This document shows positions 1 through 9,590 of a stretch of DNA of 64,000 bases, one piece after another. The stretch is from the IMG/VR virus record IMGVR_UViG_3300003321_000691, positions 32,001 through 96,000 of that record. One strand, written 5' to 3'. The notes below the pieces were generated by a model. It saw nothing but the letters and a program-made list of their open reading frames with translations. It was not told the origin of the DNA and searched no databases. The translations under genes were made by a program, and so were the position numbers. The first letter of the stretch is position 1, and each line of letters opens with the position of its first letter. This stretch comes from a virus.

Positions 1-96
1 GCAGTGGGAGACCGAGGAGTCGCTGCGGATTGCGATCTGCCGGCCGTGCCTGCGCAGCTCGTTCCATCTCGGCTCGTACCTCGCGGAGCATGCGCT

Positions 97-510
97 ATGA
101 CCCACTACGCCAGTCTCGAAGAGGCCAATCGCCGCGCCGAGGAGCTGATCACGCAGAAGGCGCTACGTGCGCTCAAGGCCGCCCGCATGATGCGCAAGCG
201 TCACCGGCTGGAAGCACAGCCGAAGAAGCGCCGTGGCAACTGCTACGTCACTTGCGAGGCGCTTTACCATCTCCTGGGCGGTCAGTCCCTAGGGCTGGTC
301 CCGCACACCGTCCGCCACGAAGGTGTAGTGCACTGGTATCTCGTGTCGACGCCCGTGGCGAGCGAGAGGAGGGTGCCAATCGTTATCGATCCCACCGCCT
401 CCCAGTTCAAGACCCCGCCCCCGTACCACCTGGGCCGTGGCCGGGGCTTCCTGACCAAGCAGCCCAGCCGTCGGGCCCGGGCGTTGATGGAGACGATGCT
501 GTGGCAGTAG
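97..510 (+). CDS. hypothetical phage protein (possible papain/transglutaminase-like C-H-D triad)
   Basis: ATG at 97 after GGAG; motifs GNCYVTCEALYHL, HWYL, IDPT. Confidence 0.55.
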   Translation: MTHYASLEEANRRAEELITQKALRALKAARMMRKRHRLEAQPKKRRGNCYVTCEALYHLLGGQSLGLVPHTVRHEGVVHWYLVSTPVASERRVPIVIDPTASQFKTPPPYHLGRGRGFLTKQPSRRARALMETMLWQ

Positions 511-773
511 ACAGCGATCCGGGGGACGAGGCGGACAACAAGCCGTTCCCACACTGGAAGTTCGTGCAACACCGGATTGGTGGCTGCTGGGTCGGCATGC
601 ACCCGAGCCTGATCCACATCTGGCCACCCGACGAGGATCACGACGGTGGCGACGAGGACGACTTCCACAACTACATCCCGAGCACGGGGCGTACTGGGTT
701 ACCTCTCTGGGACCCGCGAGAGGGGCCTCCTCCAAACGGTCTGGATTCCTGGTGGGCGGCCGACCGGGAATAG
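501..773 (+). CDS. hypothetical protein
   Basis: GTG after GGAG, overlaps previous stop; 3' part of ORF 30..773. Confidence 0.45.
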   Translation: MAVDSDPGDEADNKPFPHWKFVQHRIGGCWVGMHPSLIHIWPPDEDHDGGDEDDFHNYIPSTGRTGLPLWDPREGPPPNGLDSWWAADRE

Positions 774-864
774 CCCACTGAACACCGGCGTAGTACTCTT
801 CCGATAGCGCAGTGTCCCGACCTCGAAGTTCCTCGGGGAGGCATGTGTCTAGAAGAAACGTCCA

Positions 865-1569
865 GTGGGTTACGTAGACGAGTACATGCAGAACATCTCC
901 AACGCCGAGCAGATGGGTGGTAAGGACCGCCTGGTCGCCGGCAAGCACCGCCTGGCTCTCCTGTCGTTCGACAGGCGCAAGAACCAGAAGACGAAGGACC
1001 ACCGTCTCCAGGCCTCGTTCGAGGTCGTGCAGTCGACGGTGTACCAGCCCGGTGCGAAGGTCTCGACGGCCTTCTTCGTCGAACGCTCGGACTACCCCGA
1101 GTACGAGAACGCTCGCGCCAAGGCGTTCATCGACGCGTGCGCGGCATGCGTGGGTGATACCCGCGGCACCGGTCATCTCGGTGGCGAGATGATCACCGAG
1201 GGCCAGCGAGGTCGCGGCATCGTCATCGACGTCACCGTGACGCCGGACATGAACGAGGACGGGTCGCCGAAGAAGGGCAAGAAGGGCAACATCTACACCT
1301 CCGAGGAATGGGCGCCCGTGACCCAGACCTGGGAGCAGGTGGCCGAAGCCCGTGCCGAGCTGGACCGCACGCATGGTGTGTACCGTCCGGCAGGCGAGCC
1401 GGCGCGCCAGCAGCAGACCCAGCAGCAGCAGAACTGGAGCCAGCCGCAGGGCGGCCAGGCTCAGCAGCAGACTGCCTCTCAGCCGCAAGGCTGGGGCAAC
1501 CAGAACCAGACACAGACGACCAACCCGCAAGGTAACGGCGGCGGCAGTCTGCTCCGCCGCGGAGGCTAA
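865..1569 (+). CDS. putative single-stranded DNA-binding protein
   Basis: beta-rich N-terminal domain plus Q/G-rich low-complexity tail; upstream of DNA polymerase. Confidence 0.5.
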   Translation: MGYVDEYMQNISNAEQMGGKDRLVAGKHRLALLSFDRRKNQKTKDHRLQASFEVVQSTVYQPGAKVSTAFFVERSDYPEYENARAKAFIDACAACVGDTRGTGHLGGEMITEGQRGRGIVIDVTVTPDMNEDGSPKKGKKGNIYTSEEWAPVTQTWEQVAEARAELDRTHGVYRPAGEPARQQQTQQQQNWSQPQGGQAQQQTASQPQGWGNQNQTQTTNPQGNGGGSLLRRGG

Positions 1570-1571
1570 CC

Positions 1572-1811
1572 GTGAGTGACATCGCGACTGCGAGCGAGCC
1601 GAAACACGGCTCGCAAGGGTGGAAGCTCGTCGACTACGACGTCATCGAGACCGTCCAAGGCACCGTAGGGGTGTTCCAGTACCAACGCACCACCGGCCGG
1701 TACTATCTCGACCACGGTCACCCGCGTGCCGAAACCGAGGACCGCTGGGTGCGTCGCCCCCAGAAGACCCGGTACTGGGATCGCCTCGGCAGCGTCGAGG
1801 ATCAGCCGTGA
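1572..1811 (+). CDS. hypothetical protein
   Basis: GGAGG RBS, tight operon packing. Confidence 0.55.
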   Translation: MSDIATASEPKHGSQGWKLVDYDVIETVQGTVGVFQYQRTTGRYYLDHGHPRAETEDRWVRRPQKTRYWDRLGSVEDQP

Positions 1812-2062
1812 ACGAAGGCGCAGCTCGGGCCTGCCGCGCGGACCGACGCATCTCGAAGCTCGGGGGCAAGATCCCACGTTCGATGAAGCGGGCCTGGGTG
1901 CGCCTCTCCCACCGGCAGAAGGCCAAGCTCCGCCGTCACTGGCGAGCGGCACAGCACGATCTCGGTGTCATCGGGGAGTTCAAGCAGGACCTCCAGAACA
2001 AGAAGCACCTGGAGAAGACCATCGCGAAGGCGACGGTGTCGTCGGTGGAGCTGAAGCTGTGA
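1808..2062 (+). CDS. hypothetical basic protein
   Basis: GTGA overlaps on both sides. Confidence 0.5.
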   Translation: MNEGAARACRADRRISKLGGKIPRSMKRAWVRLSHRQKAKLRRHWRAAQHDLGVIGEFKQDLQNKKHLEKTIAKATVSSVELKL

Positions 2063-2583
2063 TCGCGCTGCCCATTGTCATCTTGCTCGTCGCCACCCTG
2101 GCGATGGGCGCCAAGAACCAGTGGGCTCGGGGCCGCACATACAAGAGCGGCACAGGCTGGTGCTTTTGGCGCTGGACGGACGTCGACAGCAAGTACATCG
2201 TACGCCTCCACGTCGTCAAGACGCCGTGGTGTGCGGTGTGCGTGCACTGGATTCTGACGCCCGACGCCGAGCCGTACCTCCACGACCACCCGGTCACGTT
2301 CCTGAGCCTCATCCTCCGAGGCTGGTACACCGAGGAGCGTCTGGTTGGCGCGTTCGGTCAGCTCGAACTCCGCCGCCACCGCTGGTGGAACTTCATCCGC
2401 GCCCGACGCGATGACAAGCACTGCATCATCCGCGTCCCTTCGGGTGGCGCCACCACGCTCTGTTTGATGGGGCCGAAGCGCCAGGAGTGGGGCTTCACCG
2501 TCAACGGCGAGTGGGTCTACTGGAAGGACTATTACGCCAAGCAGCGCGCCGAGAAGGCTGCGCAGAAAGAGACCCTCAAGTGA
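2059..2583 (+). CDS. hypothetical cupin-like protein with N-terminal hydrophobic segment
   Basis: LHDHP...LSLILRGWYTEE...H..I...TL...GP..EWGF pattern. Confidence 0.55.
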   Translation: MIALPIVILLVATLAMGAKNQWARGRTYKSGTGWCFWRWTDVDSKYIVRLHVVKTPWCAVCVHWILTPDAEPYLHDHPVTFLSLILRGWYTEERLVGAFGQLELRRHRWWNFIRARRDDKHCIIRVPSGGATTLCLMGPKRQEWGFTVNGEWVYWKDYYAKQRAEKAAQKETLK

Positions 2584-3230
2584 TCCGCCGGCTCTGGCAT
2601 CGCCTCCGCGGTCAACGCCACGGGGACTGGATGTGGTGCGCGTCCGGTCGGCACCTACACCCGCTGGACCCAGACCCATCGACGATTACGGTCGCCGACA
2701 TCGCCCGCGGTCTAGCGACGGAGTGTCGCTACGCCGGGCACATCCGGCTCGACGCTCCGTACCCGTTCTACGCGGTCGCCGAGCATAGCTGCATGGTCTC
2801 GCGCTACGCTGGGCTCGTGGCCGCCGACCGCGGGTTCTCCGAGGCCGACGTGTTCGACGCCCGGCGTTGGGGCCTCCTCCACGACGCCACCGAGGCGTAC
2901 ATCGGCGACATGATCCGCCCGCTCAAGTACCAGCCCGAGATGCGTGTCTTCCGCAAGGCCGAGGGTCGCATCGAGAAGGCGGTCAAGGCTGCGTTCGGGC
3001 TCTACCCGAGCCAGGACATCCTGGATCTCATCGACGAGGTGGACTCTCGCATCCTCACCGACGAGATCGAGCAGGTCATCAACCAGCCGGACATGGACCG
3101 GGTCCGCAAGAAGTTCGGCGCCCCGCTGGGTGCGGTCGTGCGCTTCCTCCCGCCTCGCGAAGCCGAAGACGAGTTCTTGCTCTGTTACACGGAGCTGGAG
3201 TTCGACCGGGCCGCGGCGCGTCTGGTCTAG
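2580..3230 (+). CDS. HD-family phosphohydrolase (YfdR/YfbR-like deoxynucleotidase)
   Basis: DIARGLATECRYAGH, YAVAEHS, LLHDATEAYIGDMIRPLK. Confidence 0.85.
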   Translation: MIRRLWHRLRGQRHGDWMWCASGRHLHPLDPDPSTITVADIARGLATECRYAGHIRLDAPYPFYAVAEHSCMVSRYAGLVAADRGFSEADVFDARRWGLLHDATEAYIGDMIRPLKYQPEMRVFRKAEGRIEKAVKAAFGLYPSQDILDLIDEVDSRILTDEIEQVINQPDMDRVRKKFGAPLGAVVRFLPPREAEDEFLLCYTELEFDRAAARLV

Positions 3231-5866
3231 TGACCCCAGAACGTATCCGAAGCATGCCCGAGTGGGCGGTCGCGTTCGACGTCGAGACACACAAGTCTCA
3301 GCCCGGACTCGCGGCCCCCCCTTTGGTCCTCGGCGCCACGGCCGCGCTCGACAGCGACGGCAAGACGCAGACCAAGCTCTGGTCCAAGGAGGACACTCTC
3401 GCGGTGCTCCTGGAGCTGCTCGAAGACGACCGCTACGTCATCGTCGGCGCCCACATCCCCTACGACTTCCTGGTCTGCACGCTGGAGTGGCGCAAGCGTG
3501 GGCGGGACATCTTCCCGCTCATCTTCCGCGCCTATGAGCAAGGCCGGGTCTGGGACATCCTGGTCGCGGAGGCCCTGAACGGCATCGCCAACGGCTGTCG
3601 CGGCAAGGACCCGCGCACCGGCAAGAAGCTCCGCGACCCTACGACCGGCGACTACACGAGCTACTACTCCCTCGCCATCGTCTCGGACCTGCGGCTTGGC
3701 CGGGTCGACGCCAAGGCCAACGACGAGTTCCGCACCCGATACGCCGTGCTCGACGGCCTCCCGCTCGACCAGCTCCCGCAGTCGGCCCGCGACTATCCAC
3801 AGGATGACGTGCGCAACACGCTCGACAACGCGCTGGCGCAGATTGGCTACCGCCCGAGCATCGGCCGTCATGGCTGGGGCCCGGACGGCCATTGTGTGTT
3901 CTGCAACGCGCCTGCCGAGCAGTCCGAGGCGGCGTGCTGGGCGTTACGTCCGGCCCGTAACCGCCATCAGGTCTCCGTCCAAGTCGAGACCGCGTGGGCG
4001 TTGCACGTGGGCGCGGCATGGGGCTTCGACGTGGACCAGGCCGCCGTCGACAAGGAAGTCACCCGTGTCGAGGACGTGCGCAAGGCCGCCGCCCCCAAGC
4101 TCATCGAGTTCGGCTTCCTCAAGTGGAAGAAGGAGAAGGGCGAGATGGTCCTCTCCGAGTCGCGCGGCAAGATCGCCCGCGCGGTCGCGGCAGCCCAGGG
4201 CGCCACGGAGCCATGCAAGGTCTGCGGCGGTGTGGGCCGAGTCCCGAAGGACAAGGTCCCGACCCGCGTCAAGTATGACCCGGAGAAACACGGCCGCGGC
4301 TGCATTGCGTGTTGCTCGACGGGCTTCGACCTGTCGACGGTGCCGGACCTCAAGCGCACCGACCCGAGCGACACGTTCCCCGACGGCCAGGTCAAGGCGG
4401 ACGCCGACACACTCGCCGAGTCGGTCGACGACAAGCTCCGTATCTTGGGCGACTACAAAGAAGACGCCAAGGTCATCACCAACTACGGCCCCTACCTGCG
4501 CCGAGCCAAGCGCGTGGAACCAGATGGAAGTTGGCGGAGCGTGCCACTGACGCTCTGGCCCAACGTACTGCTCGACTCCGACCGCACGTCCTACGCCGAC
4601 GCCATCCAACAGTTCCCGCGTGACGGCGCCCTTCGCGCCTGCATCCGTGCGCGTAAGGGCTACGTCCTCTGCTCGTGCGACTACAACCAGGGCGAGGTCA
4701 TCACCCACGCCCAGTCGCTGCTCTGGATCCTCGGCTGGTCTCGTCAGGCCGAGATGGTGCTCGCCGGCAAGGAGCTGCACTCGATGTTCGGCTCGACGGT
4801 GCTTCGCGTCGATTACGACGAATTCTTCAAAAACAAGAAGAAGAATAAGGCGTACGCGAACGCCCGTCAGGCCGCCAAGCCGTGGATCTTCGGCAAGCCC
4901 GGGCGCATGGGCGCGGTCAAGCTGGTGCAGCAGCAACGCAGTCAGGGCCCTGACACCCCATGCCCCAACGGCCCGGTGGAGATCGAGATCGAGAGCGACG
5001 GTGGTAAGAAGATCAAGGTCCGCGGCTACCGGGGCCTGCGCTTCTGCATCCTCATGGATGGCGCCACACGATGCGGCGAGACCGCGGACGGCCGCCCCAA
5101 CAAGGCAACGTCGTGGGGCAAGAAGGGCTACGAACGGCGGATTTCGCCGACCTGTCGCGCGTGCCTTGAGTGTGCCGAGCGGCTCCAGGCCGTCTACTAC
5201 GAGACGTTCCCGGAGGCCCGCAAGTACTTCGACTACTGCGAGGCCGTGGTCGACGAGGGGCAGCCGCTGACGGACGAGCAGTGTGCGGCGCTGTACCTAC
5301 CGCCGGGCAGCAGCCTCGAACCAGCGACAATGTGCCAGCACGTGTCCTGGATCATCCGTGGCGGGCTCGAAGGCAACGATGCCTGCAACGGCTATTTCCA
5401 GAGCCTCCTGGCGGTCGCGAGCAAGCTCGCCATGCGGTGGGCCCAGCGCGAGTGCTGCGACCCGACGTACCGCGTGCCGACCGATGCGTGTGCGGGTGGT
5501 AAGGTCAGCCGGTTTGCCGGGCGCGTCAGTCCCCTCCTGGGCTCTCGCTGCATCGTGCTTCAGCACGACGAAATCATTGCCGAACTGCTCGAAGCCAAGG
5601 CGTCGGACGCTGCGGCGCGCCTCTCGGAGATCATGGTAAGGGCCTTTCAGGTAACTTGTCCTGATATGGCGCCGAGTTGTAAAGCTCCGCCCGCGTTAAT
5701 GTTTCGTTGGTTCAAATCCGCCGAGCCTGTGTATGTCTGCCAGAGCTGCGGCCACGTCTCGGACAAGGAGACGTGCCCCAAGTGCTTGGCGGCGTACGGC
5801 AAGCTGGTGGCCTGGGAGCCACCGCCGGAACAAAAGGATGACCCGGGCGCGTTGGTGGCTGCGTGA
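3230..5866 (+). CDS. family A DNA polymerase with 3'-5' exonuclease and Cys-rich insertions
   Basis: ExoI FDVET; IQQFPR; motif A CDYNQGE; motif B RQAAKPWIFG; motif C QHDEI; GTG overlaps previous TAG. Confidence 0.85.
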   Translation: MTPERIRSMPEWAVAFDVETHKSQPGLAAPPLVLGATAALDSDGKTQTKLWSKEDTLAVLLELLEDDRYVIVGAHIPYDFLVCTLEWRKRGRDIFPLIFRAYEQGRVWDILVAEALNGIANGCRGKDPRTGKKLRDPTTGDYTSYYSLAIVSDLRLGRVDAKANDEFRTRYAVLDGLPLDQLPQSARDYPQDDVRNTLDNALAQIGYRPSIGRHGWGPDGHCVFCNAPAEQSEAACWALRPARNRHQVSVQVETAWALHVGAAWGFDVDQAAVDKEVTRVEDVRKAAAPKLIEFGFLKWKKEKGEMVLSESRGKIARAVAAAQGATEPCKVCGGVGRVPKDKVPTRVKYDPEKHGRGCIACCSTGFDLSTVPDLKRTDPSDTFPDGQVKADADTLAESVDDKLRILGDYKEDAKVITNYGPYLRRAKRVEPDGSWRSVPLTLWPNVLLDSDRTSYADAIQQFPRDGALRACIRARKGYVLCSCDYNQGEVITHAQSLLWILGWSRQAEMVLAGKELHSMFGSTVLRVDYDEFFKNKKKNKAYANARQAAKPWIFGKPGRMGAVKLVQQQRSQGPDTPCPNGPVEIEIESDGGKKIKVRGYRGLRFCILMDGATRCGETADGRPNKATSWGKKGYERRISPTCRACLECAERLQAVYYETFPEARKYFDYCEAVVDEGQPLTDEQCAALYLPPGSSLEPATMCQHVSWIIRGGLEGNDACNGYFQSLLAVASKLAMRWAQRECCDPTYRVPTDACAGGKVSRFAGRVSPLLGSRCIVLQHDEIIAELLEAKASDAAARLSEIMVRAFQVTCPDMAPSCKAPPALMFRWFKSAEPVYVCQSCGHVSDKETCPKCLAAYGKLVAWEPPPEQKDDPGALVAA

Positions 5867-6150
5867 GTGTCTACGTCGACCGCTGCGCCAATAGCTACGG
5901 CCGGATGATCATGTGCCACATGATTGCCGATACGCCGGACGAGTTGCACGCGATGGCCGACCGCATTGGGGTTGCGCGGCGCTGGTTCCAGCAGCCACCG
6001 TCCGCCTCGTTCTGGCACTACGACATCGCCAAGAGTAAGCGTGCCTTGGCGGTCGCGGCTGGCGCCATCGATTGCGACCGGAACACGTTCGTTGGGCATC
6101 TACGACGTATCCGCTCGTCCGCTGTCTTTGGCGAACGCCCGACACAGTAA
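5863..6150 (+). CDS. DUF4031-like protein
   Basis: VYVD...MCHMIADTPDELHAMA.RIG..RRWFQ...HYDI. Confidence 0.8.
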   Translation: MSVYVDRCANSYGRMIMCHMIADTPDELHAMADRIGVARRWFQQPPSASFWHYDIAKSKRALAVAAGAIDCDRNTFVGHLRRIRSSAVFGERPTQ

Positions 6151-6661
6151 GGCCACCGTCCGCTGGGGTACTCCCGAGGACATCATCGCACGTGAGCGGC
6201 GCGTGTTTGGCGGACAAATCGATCTCGACCCGTGTACCGAGGCCGCGTTCGAGCACGTCGTGGGCGCGACCCACAACTACTCCCTCATCGACCGCGGCCA
6301 GGACGGGCTAGCGCTGCCGTGGTTCGGCCGGGTCCACTGTAACCCCCCAGGCGGCCTCATCCCGGAGTTCTGGCGCAAAGCACTAGGCTCCGACGCGACG
6401 CAGGTTATCTGGGTCGGGTTCTCCATCGAGCAGCTGGGTATCCTTGCCGACGAGGAGGCGCATCCGCTCGACTTCTCGTGCTGCATCTTGCGGAAGCGCC
6501 TCGGGTTCCGTCGCCACGACGGTTTCGAGGGGGCGCCCAGTCATGCCAACTTCATCTGCGGCATCAACGTTAGCCACGCCGCATTCTCCATAGAGTTCGG
6601 GCCGCTTGGCAAAGTAACTGCGGGAAGACTCGCGACCACCTCGGGCGTTGATCTCGCATGA
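6128..6661 (+). CDS. phage Dam-like DNA N6-adenine methyltransferase (NPPG variant)
   Basis: WGTP, IDLDPC, DGL..PW.G.V.CNPPG; start uncertain. Confidence 0.65.
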   Translation: MANARHSKATVRWGTPEDIIARERRVFGGQIDLDPCTEAAFEHVVGATHNYSLIDRGQDGLALPWFGRVHCNPPGGLIPEFWRKALGSDATQVIWVGFSIEQLGILADEEAHPLDFSCCILRKRLGFRRHDGFEGAPSHANFICGINVSHAAFSIEFGPLGKVTAGRLATTSGVDLA

Positions 6662-6897
6662 CCAAGACCCCGCGACCCCAAACCCGCACAGCCAAGCTCG
6701 CGAGCACCGGCTACGGCAAGCTCCGGTTCACCGAGCATGTCTATGTCGAGACCCGCGAGTGTGTGGTCCCCGGCAAGGACCCACAGGCCTGGGAACACAT
6801 CTTCAAGTGTACGGAGACTGGCGAGACGCGTCGTTGGGGCCTGGAGCAGCGCGAGGTCTCACCGGATTTCTCGACGCCGGCCACGGGAGGTAACTGA
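6658..6897 (+). CDS. hypothetical protein
   Basis: ATGA/TGATG coupled to neighbours. Confidence 0.55.
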   Translation: MTKTPRPQTRTAKLASTGYGKLRFTEHVYVETRECVVPGKDPQAWEHIFKCTETGETRRWGLEQREVSPDFSTPATGGN

Positions 6898-7547
6898 TGC
6901 TGGCCTTCCTCGATCTGGAGACCACCGGTCTCGACCCGCGCAAGGAGCGCATCCTCGAAGTAGCCTGCATCATCACCGACGACAAGTTCGTGGAGGTGAA
7001 GCGAGACGGGTGGCTAGTCCGGTGTGACCGCCAGTTCCACGAGCTGGACGAATACGTCCGCGACATGCACACCAAGAGCGGTCTATGGAAGGACCTCTCA
7101 GTGGACGAGTGGGGCGGCACCGCCATCGACGCCGTGGACTACCAGCTCGCGGAGCTATTGCGCGAGCACGCCGTCAAGCTCGGCAAGGACGACAAAGGCA
7201 AGGTCACGCTCGACCGCCCGCAGCTCGCCGGCAACACCATCTCGTTCGACCGAGCGTTCATGAAGATGTACCTGCCGAACGCCGAGGCAGAGCTGCACTA
7301 CCGGAACCTCGACGTCAGCTCCATCAACGAGCTGATGCGTCGCGCCAACCCCAAGGTGTGGGAGGGCCGGCCGCGGCTCTCGGAGTCCGCCGCACACCGC
7401 GCGATGGCCGATTGCGAAGACAGTCTCACCGTGTGCCGGTACTACGCCGAGCGCGTTGGAGGCATTCTCGTGGCTGTGCCAAGCCCCGACAACGCCGCGG
7501 CGACCGTACTGAAGCCGCCGCTACCGATGGGCAAGGACGTGTACTGA
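6897..7547 (+). CDS. orn: oligoribonuclease (DEDDh)
   Basis: DLETTGLDP...ILEVACIITD, MHTKSGL, LAGNTISFDRAF, HYRNLDVSS, HRAMAD. Confidence 0.9.
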   Translation: MLAFLDLETTGLDPRKERILEVACIITDDKFVEVKRDGWLVRCDRQFHELDEYVRDMHTKSGLWKDLSVDEWGGTAIDAVDYQLAELLREHAVKLGKDDKGKVTLDRPQLAGNTISFDRAFMKMYLPNAEAELHYRNLDVSSINELMRRANPKVWEGRPRLSESAAHRAMADCEDSLTVCRYYAERVGGILVAVPSPDNAAATVLKPPLPMGKDVY

Positions 7548-8122
7548 TGCTGGTCGAACCTGTCGGCGACCTCCTCGCCTTCGACCCCGGCGCCGATCAT
7601 CCCGCGTGCGCGTTCTTTCGTGCCGGCATCCTCCAGTGCGCCGAGCGCGTGCGGGTCGATGAGGGCTGGAAGGACCTGCCTCCTGTGGCGCGCGCGGTAC
7701 GCATCGCGGAAGCGTGTCTGCGCTGGGGCATCGGCCGAGAGGCCGAGCCTCGCGTCCTCGTTTGCGAGCATCCGCAGGTTTACCGGGCCAAGAAGTCCAA
7801 GGGCGACCCCAACGACCTCATCCTGCTCGCGACCATCAACGGTGCACTCGCCGGCATGTTGGCGCTCGCCGTATCCAAGCGCGACATCGGGCTCCAGATC
7901 CTCTCGCCGACGCCGGCTGAGTGGGCCGGACAGCTCCCGAAGGCGACGACCGGCGACCCGTGGCTCTCACCCCGCGGCTTGCGCATCCGCGAGCGGCTCA
8001 GCGACGCCGAGGCCCTCGTCGTCCAGCCCAGCCACGACGCCCTTGACAGTGTCGGAATCGGTCTCCACGTCCTGGGCCGGTTCGCGCCGCGGCACGTCTA
8101 CCCGGGTGCGCTCCCGTCCTAG
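7547..8122 (+). CDS. RuvC-like Holliday junction resolvase
   Basis: LLAFDPG, LVCEHPQ, P..W, HDALDSVGIG. Confidence 0.7.
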   Translation: MLVEPVGDLLAFDPGADHPACAFFRAGILQCAERVRVDEGWKDLPPVARAVRIAEACLRWGIGREAEPRVLVCEHPQVYRAKKSKGDPNDLILLATINGALAGMLALAVSKRDIGLQILSPTPAEWAGQLPKATTGDPWLSPRGLRIRERLSDAEALVVQPSHDALDSVGIGLHVLGRFAPRHVYPGALPS

Positions 8123-8653
8123 GCCGTACTCGGCCGACGCGAACGCCGCGAGCTTGGCCTTGACGGCCTGGCGGGCACGGTATAACCGGCTCATCACCGT
8201 GCCGATCGGGACGTCGAGGGCTTCAGCGATCTCGCGGTAGATCTTGCCTTCGGCGTACATGAGGAGCACCTGCCGGTAGTCCGGCTCCAGGGTCGACAAG
8301 GCCTCGGTGATCTCGTCCGAGTACCCGGCGGTCGGGTTCTCCCGCGGGTCGACGTGCCGGGGCGCCTCGTGGCTGTAACGCTCCCCTAGCCGCCCGCGAC
8401 GGCCACGGGTGCGCCAGGTGTTGACGAAGCAGTTGTAGACGATGACGAACAGCCAAGAGCGCACGGAGGTCTCGATTTGCTGGTCATCCGCCGGCTGGAA
8501 GCGTTCCCAGGCCTCCAGAGCCTTGACCATTGCATCCTGGAGGACGTCCTCTGCGATCTGACGCGAACGGCAGAGCCGAATCGCGTAGGCGAGCAGATCG
8601 GGGCGCTGGGGTGGGACCAGCTCGTCAAACGAATAGACCACAGCTACAGCCAT
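7967..8653 (-). CDS. ECF-family RNA polymerase sigma factor
   Basis: region 2 AEDVLQDAMVKA...SWLFVIVYN; region 4 YREIAEALDVPIGTVMSRLYRAR; GGAGG before ATG 8653. Confidence 0.9.
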   Translation of the reverse strand: MAVAVVYSFDELVPPQRPDLLAYAIRLCRSRQIAEDVLQDAMVKALEAWERFQPADDQQIETSVRSWLFVIVYNCFVNTWRTRGRRGRLGERYSHEAPRHVDPRENPTAGYSDEITEALSTLEPDYRQVLLMYAEGKIYREIAEALDVPIGTVMSRLYRARQAVKAKLAAFASAEYGLGRERTRVDVPRREPAQDVETDSDTVKGVVAGLDDEGLGVAEPLADAQAAG

Positions 8654-8682
8654 CGCGTGTTCCTCCATGCGTGCGTGAGCAG

Positions 8683-8711
8683 ACAATACGCCCTGGCGCT
8701 GCCAGGCGCAA
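8683..8711 (-). promoter_or_regulatory. sigma70-type phage promoter for the ECF sigma gene
   Basis: TTGCGC-17 bp-TATTGT. Confidence 0.6.
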
Positions 8712-8714
8712 GGT

Positions 8715-9590
8715 CTATTCCCAGAGGAGTGCGGCGCCCGTGTGGATCCCGACCTCGCCATCCTGGGCCAGCCCGTGGGCGGCCTGGAAGTTGAATACGG
8801 CGTTGCGGGTCTGTGGGCCGAAGACGCCATCTGTCGGCAGGTGGAGGCGCTTCTGGATGAGCGTGACGTGGCCACCGCGGTCGCCGAGCTTGGCGGGGCG
8901 CCAGCGGTCGATATCGGTCGTGGAGGACAGTCCAGGCACGCCCAGGGCATCCCCCTGGTCTTGGTGGGCTACCCACTCGTCGGCCCACTGGTGGGGGCAG
9001 GGAGGCGAGGACTCTGGAGGAGGCAGGACGGCTGGCTGCCGTGCTGGGTACAGGTACCGGGCAAGCCACAGCGGGCAGTCCAGAAGATCCGGCGTGCTCG
9101 GGCTGCCTAGGCAGTCCGTGTCCGTGCCGTCCCACACACGAGCGCTGGTGTAGATGATCGGGGCGACACCGAATAGACGCCGCATCTCGGCGACCGCGGT
9201 TTCGATCCACGCGACGACCTGACTTCGTGTCATGCCGGTACCGGCGATACCCTGCGGGAACTCGACGTCCAAGCACGGGGGTAGATCGACACCACGCATG
9301 AAACCACCCTGCGCGTCGACGGCTGCCTTGAACACTCCGACCTGCTCCTCGGGCGAGTGCGAGGCCATGATCGCTGGGCCCATGTAGGCGCCACGGACGA
9401 AGTGGCCGGTGAGCTGGTGCCAGTCGCGCGCGAAGGTTGCGTCTGGGAGCAAGCGCCACGCTTTGTGGCCGCTATCGTACGCGCCGAACGAGGCCCGGAG
9501 CCAGACGAACGAGCAGCCGGCACGGGCGAGCGCCGCGAAATCGGGCGGGTGCTGCCCGTCGACGGAAGCGTAGTCGACGCCCCAGGTCAC
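8715..9590 (-). CDS. endolysin, GH25 muramidase plus C-terminal peptidoglycan-binding domain
   Basis: GVDYASVDG, LPPCLDVE, PIIYTS, PLWLARY; DGVFGPQT...FQAAHGLAQDGEVG. Confidence 0.9.
   Translation of the reverse strand: MTWGVDYASVDGQHPPDFAALARAGCSFVWLRASFGAYDSGHKAWRLLPDATFARDWHQLTGHFVRGAYMGPAIMASHSPEEQVGVFKAAVDAQGGFMRGVDLPPCLDVEFPQGIAGTGMTRSQVVAWIETAVAEMRRLFGVAPIIYTSARVWDGTDTDCLGSPSTPDLLDCPLWLARYLYPARQPAVLPPPESSPPCPHQWADEWVAHQDQGDALGVPGLSSTTDIDRWRPAKLGDRGGHVTLIQKRLHLPTDGVFGPQTRNAVFNFQAAHGLAQDGEVGIHTGAALLWE

Noticed and set aside
2580-5866. Z-genome (DatZ/DpoZ) system
   Set aside because: No PurZ or MazZ is seen and the HD protein is of the common YfdR type; cannot be excluded outside the window.
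3230-5866. Intein in the DNA polymerase
   Set aside because: The insertions are Cys clusters without intein C1...HN-C/S/T ends or LAGLIDADG motifs.
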